53,397 bases of DNA. It comes from an uncultured Dehalococcoidia bacterium. GTDB taxonomy: Bacteria; Chloroflexota; Dehalococcoidia; SZUA-161; SpSt-899. The notes beneath the pieces were generated by a model, which saw only the letters and a list, made by a program, of their open reading frames with translations, did no database searches and had not been told where the DNA came from. Within the stretch, counting starts at the first letter, position 1, and each line of letters opens with the position of its first letter. The DNA lies in the NCBI GenBank assembly GCA_964548045.1, contig CAZJQZ010000001.1, positions 21,523 through 74,919 on the forward strand, in the 5' to 3' direction. Both the position numbers and the translations under genes were made by a program. Of this stretch, positions 9,063 through 21,471 are shown one piece after another.

Positions 9063-10280
9063 TCAACCTCCATTTTGTTCGATGGGCCTTTCTTTAAGTG
9101 ATTTGAACTCTATTCCCGCTTCAACACCCGGCACCGGAGCCACCGGCTCAGTAAGCAGGAATTCTCCTTTTTGAATCCACTCCTTTAAAGTGTTGGCTAT
9201 CTCCATTGCCTTGTAGTAGCTCGAAAGGGAAGCGGTGGGAGTTTCTTTACCGGATATCTGTATTTTGCCACTTTTCAGTTCGGCATAGCTCACTTCGCCC
9301 AGTATATCCGGTTTGCACTGCGGAAATGACTCCGAATAATCCACTATAGGAGCAAGAATTTCCTCATCTTTCACCGCCGCATAACTCAATGTCTCCTCGG
9401 AAAGGATCGGAATAGGAACCCCGATTCCTACAGTCAGGGTAGCACCATAGCCAAGCATACTGGTACCTACCAGCCAGCCCGGCTTCATTTGCTTGAGATT
9501 ACCAATCACCGCAATCGTTCCGGCAGGCCTCGTGGGCACTCCGTTTTCACCTCTGGGAACATCGGGGTGATGCTGGGTGCCATGCCAGGCAACATAACCT
9601 ACCCCGCCACCAAGGAATATCTTCGTTCCAATTCCGATGGTCTTGTAGTGTGGATCATTGAGCAACGGCGAAAGCTGTCCGGAAGTGGAGTAATTGGCAT
9701 TGGCGCAATTCGGCTTGAGCACTCCCATATAGGTATAAATTGTCTTGTCCGAGAGGTTTACAGCCACGTTGTAATTCTGATAGGCATTACGCATATTGAA
9801 AAGGGTGGCTTCATTCATATCCTCGAGGCGAACAAGGGTCTCGATCTTCTTCCGGGGATAACAGTCTGTGCCATAGGCAGCCACCGCCAGCCTGACATCG
9901 TTGCCTGCCAGCAAGTCCTCGATGACATGGCCGCCCCCGTAATCGAAATGGCCGGGGGGAACCTTGTTACGGGGATCATCATCGGGAAGAGCAGTTGCCC
10001 CGAGGAAAACATCCACTGCAGCAATCCCGGTGTAAACGGGCACATCGTTCAAGGTAGCTCTACTGCCACCGATCTTTATGCGCGGAGCTGTGTGTCCCAG
10101 ATTTAAGAAAGCCCCCGAGGAACACATCGGCCCGAACGTTCCGGTGGTCACCACATCGATTTCTTTGGCCGCTTTCTCAACACCCTTTTCCTCGACAATG
10201 CCAATGACCTCCTCGGCATTCACCACCACTGCCTGGCCTTTGTGGATTTTCTCGTTGATTTCATTAATCGTTTTGTTCAT
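9063..10280 (-). CDS. homocysteine biosynthesis protein (COG1900 / DUF39)
   Basis: 405 aa. Collinear with DUF39 as I recall it (VVTTGTFGPMCSSGAFLN, GGGHVIEDL, SGQLSPLLNDP, IFLGGGVGYV). Confidence 0.82.
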   Translation of the reverse strand: MNKTINEINEKIHKGQAVVVNAEEVIGIVEEKGVEKAAKEIDVVTTGTFGPMCSSGAFLNLGHTAPRIKIGGSRATLNDVPVYTGIAAVDVFLGATALPDDDPRNKVPPGHFDYGGGHVIEDLLAGNDVRLAVAAYGTDCYPRKKIETLVRLEDMNEATLFNMRNAYQNYNVAVNLSDKTIYTYMGVLKPNCANANYSTSGQLSPLLNDPHYKTIGIGTKIFLGGGVGYVAWHGTQHHPDVPRGENGVPTRPAGTIAVIGNLKQMKPGWLVGTSMLGYGATLTVGIGVPIPILSEETLSYAAVKDEEILAPIVDYSESFPQCKPDILGEVSYAELKSGKIQISGKETPTASLSSYYKAMEIANTLKEWIQKGEFLLTEPVAPVPGVEAGIEFKSLKERPIEQNGG

Positions 10281-10362
10281 GGACGCAAACCCTACTTATA
10301 CTATCAATTCCAGTATATGTCAATGAATATGGTTTTGTAAAATGGCAAGAGATGTTTTAGGT

Positions 10363-12924
10363 TCACGATCGCGCTTTCTTCTGAAGCTCATAAAGCCGGG
10401 TAATGGCTTCCAGAGGGGTCATGGAATCGATTTCCATGTTTTGCAGTTCCTCCACCACCGGAGGAGTCGAACCGAAAAGCGGAATCTGTGATGAGGCGGG
10501 TATTTCCTTTTTTCGTTGACGGTGTTTTCCCTTCTCACCGGTTCCGTTTTCCAACCCTTCCAGAATCTCCTCAGCGCGGTGAACCACCGACCGGGGCAAT
10601 CCGGCCAGTTGAGCCACATGAATACCATAACTTCGATCGGCTCCGCCGGGAACGATTTTGCGCAGAAAAACGACTTTGCCTCCCTCTTCCGTCACCGCCA
10701 CGTTACAGTTCTCTACTCTCGGCAGCAGGCCGGCCAGTTCCACCAGTTCATGATAGTGGGTAGCAAACAGCGTTTTGGCGCCAAGCTGCGGATTGTTGTG
10801 AATGTACTCAGCCACCGCATGTGCAATTGAAAGTCCGTCGTAAGTGCTCGTTCCCCGGCCAATCTCATCAAGAATAATGAGCGATTTCGGGGTGGCGTTA
10901 TTCAGGATGTTGGCCGTCTCGGTCATCTCAATCATGAAGGTAGAACGACCGGTGGCCAGGTCATCCATCAATCCCACCCTCGTGAAAATGCGGTCCACTA
11001 ATCCAATGGTTGCCGATTCGGCGGGCACGAACGATCCGATCTGGGCCATCAACACGATGAGTGCCACCTGCCGCAAATAGGTCGATTTCCCGGCCATGTT
11101 GGGCCCGGTCAAAATAATAACCTGAGATTCACCATTGGAAAGATAAGTTTCGTTGGGCACAAATCCGCCTTCGGTCAGAACCTGTTCAACCACCGGATGG
11201 CGCCCGCCGGTTATCCGAATTGAATCATCGGTAGTCAACTCCGGCCTAACATAGCTGTAGCGAACCGCCACCTCAGCAAAGGCAGCCAAGATATCGATCC
11301 GGGCAATGGCTTGAGCAGTCATCAGTATTCGCTCACCCCATCCGCTAATCTGCTGGCACACCTGCCGAAACAGCGTGTTCTCCAATTCCGAGATACGCTC
11401 ATCGGCATTGAGAATCAGTGATTCGTACTCTTTCAACTCCGGAGTGAAAAAACGCTCCGCTCCGACAAGTGTCTGCTTGCGGATGAAATCTTCGGGGACC
11501 TTGTCTAAATGCGCGCTGGTAACCTCGATATAGTATCCGAAGACCTTGTTGTACCCAACTTTGAGCGATTTGATCCCGGTCCGCTCTTTTTCCCTGCTTT
11601 CCAAGTCTGCCAGATACTGTTTGGCATTTCGTGAGGCCGATCGAATCTGGTCCAGTTCCGGCGAGAACCCCGGTTTGATCAGTTCACCGTAAGCGGATGC
11701 TTCATCAACGATAGCCTGCGAGATCAAATCCACTACTTGTGGACATGGCTTCAATTCAGCAGAAAGCCATCCAAGAGGGGATGATTCATCATCTATCACC
11801 GCTTTTATCTGCGGAACCGCCTCAAGTCCGTGACGCAGGGAGACAATCTCCCGGGCGATGGCAATTCCTGATCTCACCCGATTGATCAGCCGTTCCATAT
11901 CGGCCAGCTTGCTCAAGCTGTTGATGAGATCGATTCTGCGGGCAGTGTTCTCCACCAGCCAAGCCACCGCTTCCTGCCGTCGGTTAATGGAATCGATATC
12001 GAGCAGGGGCTGGCCAAGCCATTTTTTAATCAGCCGCCCGCCCATCGGGGTTTTGGTGAGGTCGATCACCCAGAGTAACGAACTTGAGCCGGTTCCCATA
12101 TGTCCCGAGCGAAACAGTTCCAGGTTGCGACGGGTCTGGGTATCGAGAACCATAAAGGCTTCGACAGAATAGGTGGAAAGCTTCGGCAATTGACCCAGCG
12201 CTCCTTTTTGAGTCTCTTCGAGATAGTGGATTATCGCCCCGGCCGCCCTGATAGCCAGCGGCAAACCGGCACAACCGTAACCTTCCAGTGAAGCCACTCC
12301 GAAGTGTTCGGTCAGTTTCCGCTGCGCGGTCTCCTCTGCAAACCAGCGATCATCCAGTGTGGTAGGAGGCAGAGGTAACTGAGATAAATCATGTTCTTTT
12401 GGAACGAGTATCTCTGAAGGGTTCAATCGCTCAAGCTCGGCGACGGCACGATCGGCACTGATCTGGGTAGTGGCGAATTCGCTTGTGGTTATGTCAACAT
12501 AAGCAATGCCTGCTTTTTCGCCATCGGAAACCACCGCAGCCAGGTAGTTGTTGGAAGTGCTCTCCAGCAGATTCGTTTCAACAACGGTTCCCGGAGTGAC
12601 GACTCGAACCACATCCCGTTCTACCAGCCCCTTGCTGGTTTTGGGGTCGCCGGTCTGCTCGCAAATGGCGACTTTGTGCCCGGCGGTGATCAGTTTGGCC
12701 AAGTACCCTTCGAGAGCATGGTGGGGAATTCCGGCCATGGGGAACCGCTGCCCCTTGCCCATAGAACGTGAGGTAAGCACGATCTGCAATTCACGGGCCA
12801 CTATCTCGGCATCGTCTTCGAACGTCTCGTAAAAATCGCCGAGTCGGAAGAAAACGATAGTCTCAGGATATTGCTCTTTAATCCTGAGATACTGGCGTCG
12901 GATGGGAGTCAAACCTTTGGTCAT
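10363..12924 (-). CDS. mutS: DNA mismatch repair protein MutS
   Basis: 853 aa. N-terminal mismatch-binding FFRLGDFYETF, Walker A GPNMAGKST, FATHYHEL. Confidence 0.95.
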   Translation of the reverse strand: MTKGLTPIRRQYLRIKEQYPETIVFFRLGDFYETFEDDAEIVARELQIVLTSRSMGKGQRFPMAGIPHHALEGYLAKLITAGHKVAICEQTGDPKTSKGLVERDVVRVVTPGTVVETNLLESTSNNYLAAVVSDGEKAGIAYVDITTSEFATTQISADRAVAELERLNPSEILVPKEHDLSQLPLPPTTLDDRWFAEETAQRKLTEHFGVASLEGYGCAGLPLAIRAAGAIIHYLEETQKGALGQLPKLSTYSVEAFMVLDTQTRRNLELFRSGHMGTGSSSLLWVIDLTKTPMGGRLIKKWLGQPLLDIDSINRRQEAVAWLVENTARRIDLINSLSKLADMERLINRVRSGIAIAREIVSLRHGLEAVPQIKAVIDDESSPLGWLSAELKPCPQVVDLISQAIVDEASAYGELIKPGFSPELDQIRSASRNAKQYLADLESREKERTGIKSLKVGYNKVFGYYIEVTSAHLDKVPEDFIRKQTLVGAERFFTPELKEYESLILNADERISELENTLFRQVCQQISGWGERILMTAQAIARIDILAAFAEVAVRYSYVRPELTTDDSIRITGGRHPVVEQVLTEGGFVPNETYLSNGESQVIILTGPNMAGKSTYLRQVALIVLMAQIGSFVPAESATIGLVDRIFTRVGLMDDLATGRSTFMIEMTETANILNNATPKSLIILDEIGRGTSTYDGLSIAHAVAEYIHNNPQLGAKTLFATHYHELVELAGLLPRVENCNVAVTEEGGKVVFLRKIVPGGADRSYGIHVAQLAGLPRSVVHRAEEILEGLENGTGEKGKHRQRKKEIPASSQIPLFGSTPPVVEELQNMEIDSMTPLEAITRLYELQKKARS

Positions 12925-12960
12925 CGAGGCTTATTTTACTAAACTCGGGAGGGGAATCCA

Positions 12961-12996
12961 AGACAACGAAAGGGGCGCGATGAATCGCGCCCCTTT
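12961..12996 (-). terminator. intrinsic terminator downstream of rpoC
   Basis: Minus-strand GGGGCGCGA-UUCA-UCGCGCCCC followed by UUUCGUUGU. Located 60 nt after the rpoC stop. Confidence 0.65.
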
Positions 12997-13054
12997 AAAA
13001 ACCAGTGAATTCAGGCCTTTTTGCCTGTTTGTCAGAATTAACTCTTCCCTGTTA

Positions 13055-16000
13055 TTACTCAAATTCTAGGGCAATATCCTGATCGCCAGTATCCGGCTCA
13101 TCCCCTGATTCATTTTCAGGTTCACTCTCTTCCGGCGATACCTCCAGTTCCGATTCTATCATCTGCTCAAACACTGATTCCGATTCCTCTGTCATTCCCT
13201 CCTGCTCGAACATTTCTTCAGCCGAGTTCAGTTCCATAAGTTGATCCTCAGCAGATAGTTCAACCTGCAAAAGCTTCTCATGGTCCAGAGAAATCTCGCT
13301 ACGCGCCGGAATAAGTTTGCCTATAATCACATTTTCTTTCAGTCCGGCCAGAGTATCCGTACTCCCACTCACAGCAGCCTCTGTCAGTACTCTGGTTGTT
13401 TCCTGGAAGGAAGCAGCGGCCAGGAAGCTGGGGGTGCTCAGCGAAGCTCTGGTAATCCCCAGCAGCACCGGATGTGCTGCAGCAGGCTCACCGCCTTCAG
13501 CCAGCACCTTGGCATTGCTAGCCTCAAATTCGAATTTATCCATTAGTTCGCCGGGAAGTATGCCGGTATCACCTGAGGCATCAACCCGCACCCGCCGCAG
13601 CATCTGGGCAACAATGATTTCGATGTGCTTATCGTGAATATTCACGCCCTGAGCCCGATACACTTTCTGCACTGCATCCACCAGATACTGCTGTATCGCC
13701 TCTGTGCCTTTGATCCGCAAGACATCCTGAGGATTGAGCGGGCCTTCGGTGATCTGGTCCCCGGCCATTATGGTATCACCACTCCTCGCCGAGAATCGTA
13801 CTGCCGGGGAACTCAGGCTCTCCCATTCTTCCACGTCGTCATATATTATATTTATCTGTTTATCACCAACCTCAACAATACCCTTGGCCCCGGACAGAAG
13901 CGGCAATGCAGTCAGGTTTTCGGAACCCTCTTCCGCTGCTGCTGATTCAGGGGGAACAGCCAATACCTGTTCCCTGTCCACCCAATCGCCATCACTAACC
14001 GTTACTTCATATCCCGGAGGCAGCGCGTGTGACTCACGGCGAGCCTCAACATTGGTTACTTTTAACCTCCAGCCATCCCCCGTATCCGTGATCTCCACTA
14101 CTCCATCGATCTCAGAAATGACTGCCTGGCCTTTGGGATTCCTGGCCTCCAGCAGTTCTTCGACTCTGGGAAGACCTCCGGTAATATCCAGCCCGGCTAC
14201 GCCACCAGTGTGGAAAGTACGCATGGTAAGCTGGGTTCCCGGCTCCCCGATGCTCTGAGCTGCAATAATGCCAGTTGCCACATTCATTTTCACCAGATTT
14301 CCCTTGGCAAGATCTGTGCCATAGCAATACTGACAAATCCCATCCCGCGACCGGCAGGTCAATGGAGAGCGAACACAAACATGCGTGACGCCGGCAGCCA
14401 CAATTTGAGCAGCTTTTTCCTCATCGATCTCCTCATTGCGATCCACTATAATCTCGCCTGTTTCCGGATGAGCGATCGGACGGGCCGCAAGCCGCCATAT
14501 AATTCTATCGGCAAACGGAGGTAACAAACCTTTGTCAAATGTCTCTGAAACCCAGAGGCCATCCTCCATACCGCAATCAACTTCTGAGACGATTACTGAC
14601 TGGGCCACGTCGATAAGCCTTCTGGTCAGATAACCACTATCGGAGGTACGAAGCGCAGTATCAGCCAAGCCCTTTCTGGCGCCATGCGTAGAGATGAAAT
14701 ATTCCAGAATTGAAAGCCCTTCCCTGAAATTGGCTTTGATGGGCAATTCAATGATTTTACCGGAAGGATCACTCATCAGGCCACGCATTCCGGCCATCTG
14801 CCTGATTTGCCCCATGTTACCTCGAGCTCCAGAATAGGCCATCATGTGGATGGCCCCATGCGGATCGAGAGAGCTCTCCAAACTCCTGGTCAAATCGGTA
14901 GTAGCTGTAGTCCAGGTCTTCACTACACTCTGATAACGTTCCTCTTCGGTGATAAGACCTTCCATGTACTGGTTTTCAGTCATGGCAACAGCTGTATCTC
15001 CCTTGCCTATAATTGTGGCCTTATCCTCCGGAATCTCCAAATCACTGACAGCCATCGTTAAGCCCGATTTGGTAGAATATGTAAACCCAAGATGCTTGAT
15101 CTTATCCAGCATGTCAGCCGTAATATCATTCCCTAAATCGCGAATGCATTCGGTCGTGAGCCGCTTGAGTTTTTTCTTATCGATCAACTCATTCCGAAAG
15201 CCAAGACCATCGGGTAATGCCTCGTTGAAAATAACACGCCCTACAGTTGTTTTTAGATGTTCTCCCTTGTTATCCCGAACCTGAATTTCGGCACCAAGTT
15301 CGATAACGTCCTGATCATACGCCAGTCTGGCATCATCGTAATCGGCGAAGGTCATGCCCTCGCCTTTTGCCCCCGACGTTATTATGGTCATGTAATAACA
15401 ACCAAGAACCATCTCCATAGTGGGGGCAACAACCGGATCCCCTGAACTCGGCGAGAGCATATTGCGATTGCTGAGCATTATTTCCTTAGCTTCACAAACC
15501 GCCGCCCTGGAAAGAGGAATATGCACCGCCATCTGGTCTCCGTCAAAGTCAGCATTGAAAGCGCCGCAAACAAGCGGATGGAGCTGGATAGCGCTGCCAT
15601 CCACCAGAACAGGCATAAAAGCTTGCAGGCCAAGTCGGTGCAGAGTCGGAGCCCGATTCAACAGAATCGGATGATCGACCACGACCTCTTCCAGAATATC
15701 CCAGACCCCCTCTTTCCCCTGCTCCACCGCTCTCTTCGCATTCCGGACATTATGAGCCATACCTCTGGCTATCAGCCGGCGCATAACAAACGGTTTGAAC
15801 AGCTCCAGAGCCATGCGCTTGGGCAGCCCGCACTGAGACATGTGGAGGTTTGGACCAGCGACAATAACCGACCGGCCACTATAGTCCACCCGCTTACCCA
15901 GCAGATTCTGGCGGAAATGGCCCTGTTTGCCTCTCAACATATCTGAAAGTGATTTGAGTTTGTGCCCGCTGCTGGTCGTCACCGCCCGGCCACGCCGGCC

Positions 16001-17080
16001 ATTATCAATGAGTGAATCCACGGCTTCCTGGAGCATGCGTTGCTCATTGCGGATGATGACCTGCGGCGTGCCCATATCCTTGAGCCGCTTGAGCCGATTG
16101 TTGCGATTTATTACTCTGCGATAGAGATCGTTGAGATCGCTGGTAGCAAATCGGCCCCCGTCAAGCTGAACCATCGGGCGGAGTTCAGGCGGGATGACGG
16201 GAAGCACTGTCATTATCATCCATTCCGGCTTCGTTCCCTGCCTCAAAAACGCCTTGACAACCCGCAGCCGCTTGATAACCTTCTTTCGATTCTGACCGGA
16301 ACTGGCCACGGCTTCCTCGTAAAGCTCATCCCGGAGTTTTTTCATGTCCAGAGTATGGAGAACATCAAGGACTGCCTCGGCTCCCGTCTTGGCCTCAAGA
16401 ATAGCTCCCCATTTAAACGACATCTCCCGATACTCGCTGACCCCAAGAAGGTTCAAAGGCTGGATATTCTCCAGTTCCTCAATTTGGGAGAGAATCTCTT
16501 CCTTACGCAGCTTCACCTCTTCTGCATCCGCTTCAACCTCTTCCGCCTCAACTGAGTCCTGTTCCTCTTTAGTTTCCTCATCAGACGATTCCTGATTTTC
16601 AGGCTCCATTTCTTCCAGTTCATCCTTGAGCTTATCGATGATCCCTGTTCGGGCTTTCTCGTCTACTTTGGTGATGAGGAATTTGGCAAAATAGAGTACC
16701 TGCTCCAGCTTCCGAGGAGATAAGTCCAGAAGAAGACCCAACCGACTGGGAGTAACCTTAAAAAACCAGATATGAGCCACTGGCGCAGCAAGCTGGATAT
16801 GCCCCATTCGTTCCCGGCGCACCTGGGAATGGGCAACTTCAACACCGCACTTATCGCAAATAACACCTTTGTACCTGATTTTTTTGTATTTGCCGCAGTA
16901 GCATTCATAATCCTTGGTCGGCCCAAAAATACGCTCGCAGAAGAGTCCATCCCTTTCCGGTTTCAGGGTGCGATAGTTGATGGTCTCCGGCTTAGTTACC
17001 TCACCATAAGACCATCCCTTTACCTGCTCCGGGGAGGCAAGGGAAATACGAATGCTCCCAAAATCATTGAGATCCAACAT
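13055..17080 (-). CDS. rpoC: DNA-directed RNA polymerase subunit beta'
   Basis: 1341 aa with [12 protein letters not shown] catalytic motif and Zn-finger [20 protein letters not shown]. Acidic insert near residue 150 and an acidic C-terminal tail. Confidence 0.97.
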   Translation of the reverse strand: MLDLNDFGSIRISLASPEQVKGWSYGEVTKPETINYRTLKPERDGLFCERIFGPTKDYECYCGKYKKIRYKGVICDKCGVEVAHSQVRRERMGHIQLAAPVAHIWFFKVTPSRLGLLLDLSPRKLEQVLYFAKFLITKVDEKARTGIIDKLKDELEEMEPENQESSDEETKEEQDSVEAEEVEADAEEVKLRKEEILSQIEELENIQPLNLLGVSEYREMSFKWGAILEAKTGAEAVLDVLHTLDMKKLRDELYEEAVASSGQNRKKVIKRLRVVKAFLRQGTKPEWMIMTVLPVIPPELRPMVQLDGGRFATSDLNDLYRRVINRNNRLKRLKDMGTPQVIIRNEQRMLQEAVDSLIDNGRRGRAVTTSSGHKLKSLSDMLRGKQGHFRQNLLGKRVDYSGRSVIVAGPNLHMSQCGLPKRMALELFKPFVMRRLIARGMAHNVRNAKRAVEQGKEGVWDILEEVVVDHPILLNRAPTLHRLGLQAFMPVLVDGSAIQLHPLVCGAFNADFDGDQMAVHIPLSRAAVCEAKEIMLSNRNMLSPSSGDPVVAPTMEMVLGCYYMTIITSGAKGEGMTFADYDDARLAYDQDVIELGAEIQVRDNKGEHLKTTVGRVIFNEALPDGLGFRNELIDKKKLKRLTTECIRDLGNDITADMLDKIKHLGFTYSTKSGLTMAVSDLEIPEDKATIIGKGDTAVAMTENQYMEGLITEEERYQSVVKTWTTATTDLTRSLESSLDPHGAIHMMAYSGARGNMGQIRQMAGMRGLMSDPSGKIIELPIKANFREGLSILEYFISTHGARKGLADTALRTSDSGYLTRRLIDVAQSVIVSEVDCGMEDGLWVSETFDKGLLPPFADRIIWRLAARPIAHPETGEIIVDRNEEIDEEKAAQIVAAGVTHVCVRSPLTCRSRDGICQYCYGTDLAKGNLVKMNVATGIIAAQSIGEPGTQLTMRTFHTGGVAGLDITGGLPRVEELLEARNPKGQAVISEIDGVVEITDTGDGWRLKVTNVEARRESHALPPGYEVTVSDGDWVDREQVLAVPPESAAAEEGSENLTALPLLSGAKGIVEVGDKQINIIYDDVEEWESLSSPAVRFSARSGDTIMAGDQITEGPLNPQDVLRIKGTEAIQQYLVDAVQKVYRAQGVNIHDKHIEIIVAQMLRRVRVDASGDTGILPGELMDKFEFEASNAKVLAEGGEPAAAHPVLLGITRASLSTPSFLAAASFQETTRVLTEAAVSGSTDTLAGLKENVIIGKLIPARSEISLDHEKLLQVELSAEDQLMELNSAEEMFEQEGMTEESESVFEQMIESELEVSPEESEPENESGDEPDTGDQDIALEFE

Positions 17081-17082
17081 TA

Positions 17083-20000
17083 TCAGTTCTCCTCAATCTC
17101 TATACCAGAAAGATTTATACCTAATCTCGGGACCTCTTCAGAGAGGCCTTTCAGCCTTAATATCTCTTCTTCGTCATGACCAAGCACCTCAATTGCCAGC
17201 CCCAGACTTTGCAATTCCTTAACCAGCACCTTGAACGATTCCGGGACCCCTAAACTCAATATGTCTTCGCCCTTGACGATCGCGCCATAAGTCTTAACCC
17301 GTCCCACCACATCATCTGACTTGATAGTGAGCATCTCCTGGAGATTGTATGCGGCACCATAGGCTTCCAGTGCCCAGACTTCCATTTCGCCAAATCGCTG
17401 TCCCCCGAACTGGGCTTTACCCCCCAGAGGCTGCTGGGTTACCAGCGAGTAAGGGCCCGTGGAGCGCGCGTGAATCTTGTCCTCGACCAGATGGCTAAGC
17501 TTCATGATGTACATGCTTCCAACAGTTACGGGTTCATCAAACGGTTCCCCGGTACGTCCGTCATACAGTGTCAATTTACCTGAGATTGGGGAAGGCAACC
17601 CCTTATCTCTTTCAAGTCTTTTCGCAAGTCGTTTGAGCTCTTCATCATCCATATCAGACACGCCGGTTACACCCTGCTCTTCCAACCAGTATCTCAAACA
17701 AGTTCGTCTGGCTTCCCCCGTTCCATCTTCTGCAAAGACTCTCTCAGCATCAAACCCTTTTTCAGAAAGCCAGCGTTTGGCCTTTTCTATCCGTTCCTGC
17801 CCGCTGCCAGGCTGCTCTAAATCCTCGGCCGCAATCCGCCGAACAAGCCATGCCAGGGCCAGAACTTCCTCGATAGCATCCTCATCCGCTCCATTGAAAA
17901 CCGGGGTTACCACCTTGAAACCGAGATCATGGGCCGCCAGACCGAGATGCGTTTCCAGAAGCTGCCCGATATTCATTCGGGAGGGAACTCCGAGCGGGCT
18001 GAGGATCACATCCACAGGCCGGCCATCAGCAAGATAAGGCATGTCTTCAACCGGGAGTATTTTGGAAATTACACCTTTGTTTCCATGTCGACCCGCCAGC
18101 TTATCACCTTCTGAAATTTTTCGTTTTTTAGCCACAAATATCCGCACCATCTTGTTAACGCCAGCATCCAGACGGTCACCATTTTCCCGGGAAAAAATAT
18201 CGATGTTTATCACCTTGCCGGACTCGCCGTGAGGCATCCGAAGCGCAGTATCCTTCACGTCTCGTGCCTTCTCGCCAAAAATAGCCCGGAGGAGTTTCTC
18301 TTCCGCTGTCAATACCCTCTCACCTTTTGGAGTAACCTTGCCAACAAGGATATCACCGGATGCAACCTCGGCCCCTACCCGAATAATCCCGTCCTCATCA
18401 AGGTTACGCAAACTGGGTTCACCAACATTGGGAATATCCCTTGTGATCTCCTCCGGCCCCAGCTTTGTATCCCGTGATTCCGTTTCATATTTTTCAATAT
18501 GGATTGAGGTAAATTTGTCATCCTGAACCAGCTTATCTGAAATAACTATAGCGTCTTCATAGTTATAACCTTCCCATGACATAAACGCACACAGGACATT
18601 CTGACCCAGTGCCAGTTCCCCTCCATCCGTAGCTGAACCATCGGCTAAAACATCTCCACTCTCCACCCGCTCGCCTTTGGTAACCCTCGGGTGCTGGGTG
18701 ATACAGGTACCCTGATTGCTCCTGATAAATTTCCTGAGATCATAAATATATTCCTTGCCATCATCACCCTTGAGTATGATATGGGCGGCAGTGGACGATG
18801 TTATCAGGCCATCAACGGGGGCAATGACCACCTGCCCGATATCCCTGGCCACTTCACGTTCCATCCCGGTCCCAATGACAGGAGATTCAGCCCCAAATAG
18901 AGGAACCGCCTGACGCTGCATATTTGAACCCATCAACGCCCTGTTGGCATCATCGTGTTCCAGAAATGGTATAAGCCCGGTACTGGCGCTCACTATCTGA
19001 CCGGTGGATACATCCTTTAAATCAATATCCTCGGGATTCTCCATCGTAATTTTTTCGCCATATCTGCATTCAACTTTGCTATCGATAAACTGATCATTTT
19101 TGTCCAGTTCAGCATTAGCCTGAGCAATTACGTTCTTATCTTCTTCATCTGCCGGCATGTACACCATTTCCATGGACACGTAAGGAATTACCTTGACAGT
19201 GCACGGCGACATATTGGCAAGCTTTTGAGCTGCCTTTTTATCGATTACCAAATCTTTAGCTATTACAACTTTGCCCGTATCATCCAGTACCGGTTCCCGT
19301 ACAGTTCTGTTAAGAAGATCGGGGGAATCATTGGCCAGTTCCTTTATCACCAGACGGTACGGGGTTTCGATAAAACCATACTCATTCACTCTGGCATAGG
19401 TAGCCAGAGAAGTGATCAGCCCAATGTTACGGCCTTCGGGGGTTTCTATAGGACAAATTCTTCCATAGTGAGAATGATGAACATCGCGAACCTCAAAGCC
19501 AGCCCGATCACGGGAAAACCCTCCCGGCCCGAGAGCGGAAAGCCGCCGTTTGTGGGTCAGTTCCGATAAAGGATTGGTCTGATCCATGAACTGGGATAAA
19601 CGAGAACTGCCGAAGAACTCCCTGATTGCAGCGGTCACCGCCCGGTTATTGACCAGAGTACTTGGTGTGGCAGAATTTGGATCAAGGAGACTCATTCGTT
19701 CCCTGATCGTTCTTTCCATGCGCAGCAAACCCATTTTAAGGTGGCTCTGCAGCAATTCTCCGACCGCTCTCACCCGGCGATTGCCCAGATGGTCGATATC
19801 ATCCCCGTGATCGAATCCGTTGTTGATCAAAATAATGTGACTCACAATAGCCACAAAATCTTCCGGGGTAAGGGTTTGTTGCTTGAGAGGACGGTTGAGG
19901 CCAAGCCGCTTATTCAACTTGTAGCATCCGCCTTTACCCAATCGATAGCGCCTGTGGTCAAAGAAAAGAGTATGTATCAACGCTCTGGCATTTTCAATGG

Positions 20001-20769
20001 TGGGAGGTTCGCCCGGTCTTATTTTCTTGAAGAACTCGGGAAGGGCTTCTTCCTCGCTTCTGATATGCGAATCGCGCTCTATGGTGGCCTGGATATAAGA
20101 TACTTCCCCATTATCGACATCAGCAAACAGCCCCGAAAGCTGCTCGTCGCTGCCATAACCTATAGCACGAAGCAGGGTTGTAACGGGAATTTTGCGTTTG
20201 CGATTTATCTTAGCGGACAGTACTCCCTTGCTGGAAGTTTCAAATTCAACCCAGATCCCACGATCCGGGATCAACTTGGCAAAACAGAGTCTGCGTGCGG
20301 AGGCTGTGTCTTTTTCTATCGTGAAATAGACGCCCGGAGAACGGATCAACTGATTGACCACCACACGCTCTGCACCATTGATAATAAAGGTGCCCCTTGG
20401 AGTCATAATGGGAAAATCTCCCATGAAAAGGTCCTGCTCCTTGATTTCTCCCGTCGCCTTTACTATCAACCTTGCTTTGACTTTTATGGGGGCCGCATAG
20501 GTCAAATCGCGTTCCTGACATTCCAGTTCGGAATATTTAGGCTCGCCGATTTCATGGCCGAGAAAATCAATCTCCAGACGATTACCGGTGTAATCTTTGA
20601 TCGGTGATATCTCTTCAAAGAGTTCTTTCAACCCTTCGTCCATAAACCAGTTATATGAACGATGCTGGATCTGGATCAAATCGGGAATTCCCACAACTTC
20701 CGGAACTCTGGCAAAGGATTTCCGGGCACTATGAGCAGTAAACTGTGGTAGAACGGTAGTTAAACTCAC
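17083..20769 (-). CDS. rpoB: DNA-directed RNA polymerase subunit beta
   Basis: 1228 aa, full-length RpoB ([32 protein letters not shown]). GTG start. Stop lies 2 nt before the rpoC ATG. Confidence 0.97.
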   Translation of the reverse strand: MSLTTVLPQFTAHSARKSFARVPEVVGIPDLIQIQHRSYNWFMDEGLKELFEEISPIKDYTGNRLEIDFLGHEIGEPKYSELECQERDLTYAAPIKVKARLIVKATGEIKEQDLFMGDFPIMTPRGTFIINGAERVVVNQLIRSPGVYFTIEKDTASARRLCFAKLIPDRGIWVEFETSSKGVLSAKINRKRKIPVTTLLRAIGYGSDEQLSGLFADVDNGEVSYIQATIERDSHIRSEEEALPEFFKKIRPGEPPTIENARALIHTLFFDHRRYRLGKGGCYKLNKRLGLNRPLKQQTLTPEDFVAIVSHIILINNGFDHGDDIDHLGNRRVRAVGELLQSHLKMGLLRMERTIRERMSLLDPNSATPSTLVNNRAVTAAIREFFGSSRLSQFMDQTNPLSELTHKRRLSALGPGGFSRDRAGFEVRDVHHSHYGRICPIETPEGRNIGLITSLATYARVNEYGFIETPYRLVIKELANDSPDLLNRTVREPVLDDTGKVVIAKDLVIDKKAAQKLANMSPCTVKVIPYVSMEMVYMPADEEDKNVIAQANAELDKNDQFIDSKVECRYGEKITMENPEDIDLKDVSTGQIVSASTGLIPFLEHDDANRALMGSNMQRQAVPLFGAESPVIGTGMEREVARDIGQVVIAPVDGLITSSTAAHIILKGDDGKEYIYDLRKFIRSNQGTCITQHPRVTKGERVESGDVLADGSATDGGELALGQNVLCAFMSWEGYNYEDAIVISDKLVQDDKFTSIHIEKYETESRDTKLGPEEITRDIPNVGEPSLRNLDEDGIIRVGAEVASGDILVGKVTPKGERVLTAEEKLLRAIFGEKARDVKDTALRMPHGESGKVINIDIFSRENGDRLDAGVNKMVRIFVAKKRKISEGDKLAGRHGNKGVISKILPVEDMPYLADGRPVDVILSPLGVPSRMNIGQLLETHLGLAAHDLGFKVVTPVFNGADEDAIEEVLALAWLVRRIAAEDLEQPGSGQERIEKAKRWLSEKGFDAERVFAEDGTGEARRTCLRYWLEEQGVTGVSDMDDEELKRLAKRLERDKGLPSPISGKLTLYDGRTGEPFDEPVTVGSMYIMKLSHLVEDKIHARSTGPYSLVTQQPLGGKAQFGGQRFGEMEVWALEAYGAAYNLQEMLTIKSDDVVGRVKTYGAIVKGEDILSLGVPESFKVLVKELQSLGLAIEVLGHDEEEILRLKGLSEEVPRLGINLSGIEIEEN

Positions 20770-20887
20770 GCGGACGCTCCATCAGGGCACAAAAAGTCCC
20801 CCTTGTTGTACTTTTTACTTAGCATGTTCGCTAAAATGAGATTGGAAGGAATCCATGAGGATATGTAACCAAAAACGGCAACCTAAT

Positions 20888-20916
20888 ATGTTACAACATA
20901 ATTGAAAGGTTGTCAA
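20888..20916 (-). promoter_or_regulatory. possible rpoB promoter
   Basis: Minus strand TTGACA (20916-20911), 17 nt, TAACAT (20893-20888), in the AT-rich 315-bp divergent intergenic region. Confidence 0.3.
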
Positions 20917-21084
20917 GTAAAACTTGATTCTATAATTGAAAATGAACTTGTAGGAACACCAAATCAACTTACGCTTGACTTTTTTGTATGGAGTGTATAA
21001 CCTAGCCAGTATGGGAAAGCTCATATGTAACAAAATACATAAGCAGGCTTTAATGCTTGCTTGAGCTATCTTAAGGAGGGCAAA

Positions 21085-21294
21085 ATGGCAGAGAGCGTCT
21101 ATAAATTCATCGAACTGGTGGGTACAAGTCCTGAATCATGGGAAAAAGCAGCGGCCGCGGCAGTGGAAAAGGCTGCCCAGTCCCTCAGGGAACTCCGGAT
21201 TGCTGAGATTCTCGAGCTGGATATGCAGATCGATCAGGGGAAAATTGTCGCTTACCGCGCCAAAGTAAAAGTGTCCTTCAAGTACGAAGGCTAA
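21085..21294 (+). CDS. dodecin-family flavin-binding protein
   Basis: 69 aa MAESVYKFIELVGTSPESWEKAA...LRIAEILELDMQIDQGKIVAYRAKVKVSFKYEG, the dodecin pattern. ATG 21085 behind AAGGAGG; the track TTG at 21061 is rejected. Confidence 0.75.
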   Translation: MAESVYKFIELVGTSPESWEKAAAAAVEKAAQSLRELRIAEILELDMQIDQGKIVAYRAKVKVSFKYEG

Positions 21295-21471
21295 CCAAAA
21301 CTTGCGCCAGTTGATCCATCCACAGTCGTAGAAAATATGATGGATCGAGAGTGGCGCTAATAATGATCTCACTCCTTAGAATCGCTTCTTTTGCCCAAGT
21401 GGTTTTCACTTTGAAGAAGTGCGTGGGTGAGCTATAACTATAAGTTGCCCCCGATATGAAAAGAGGTATAA

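Noticed and set aside
20815-21033. 72-aa minus-strand ORF upstream of rpoB
   Set aside because: It lies in the AT-rich divergent promoter region. The composition is Phe/Leu/Lys/Cys-rich and there is no SD. Probably non-coding.
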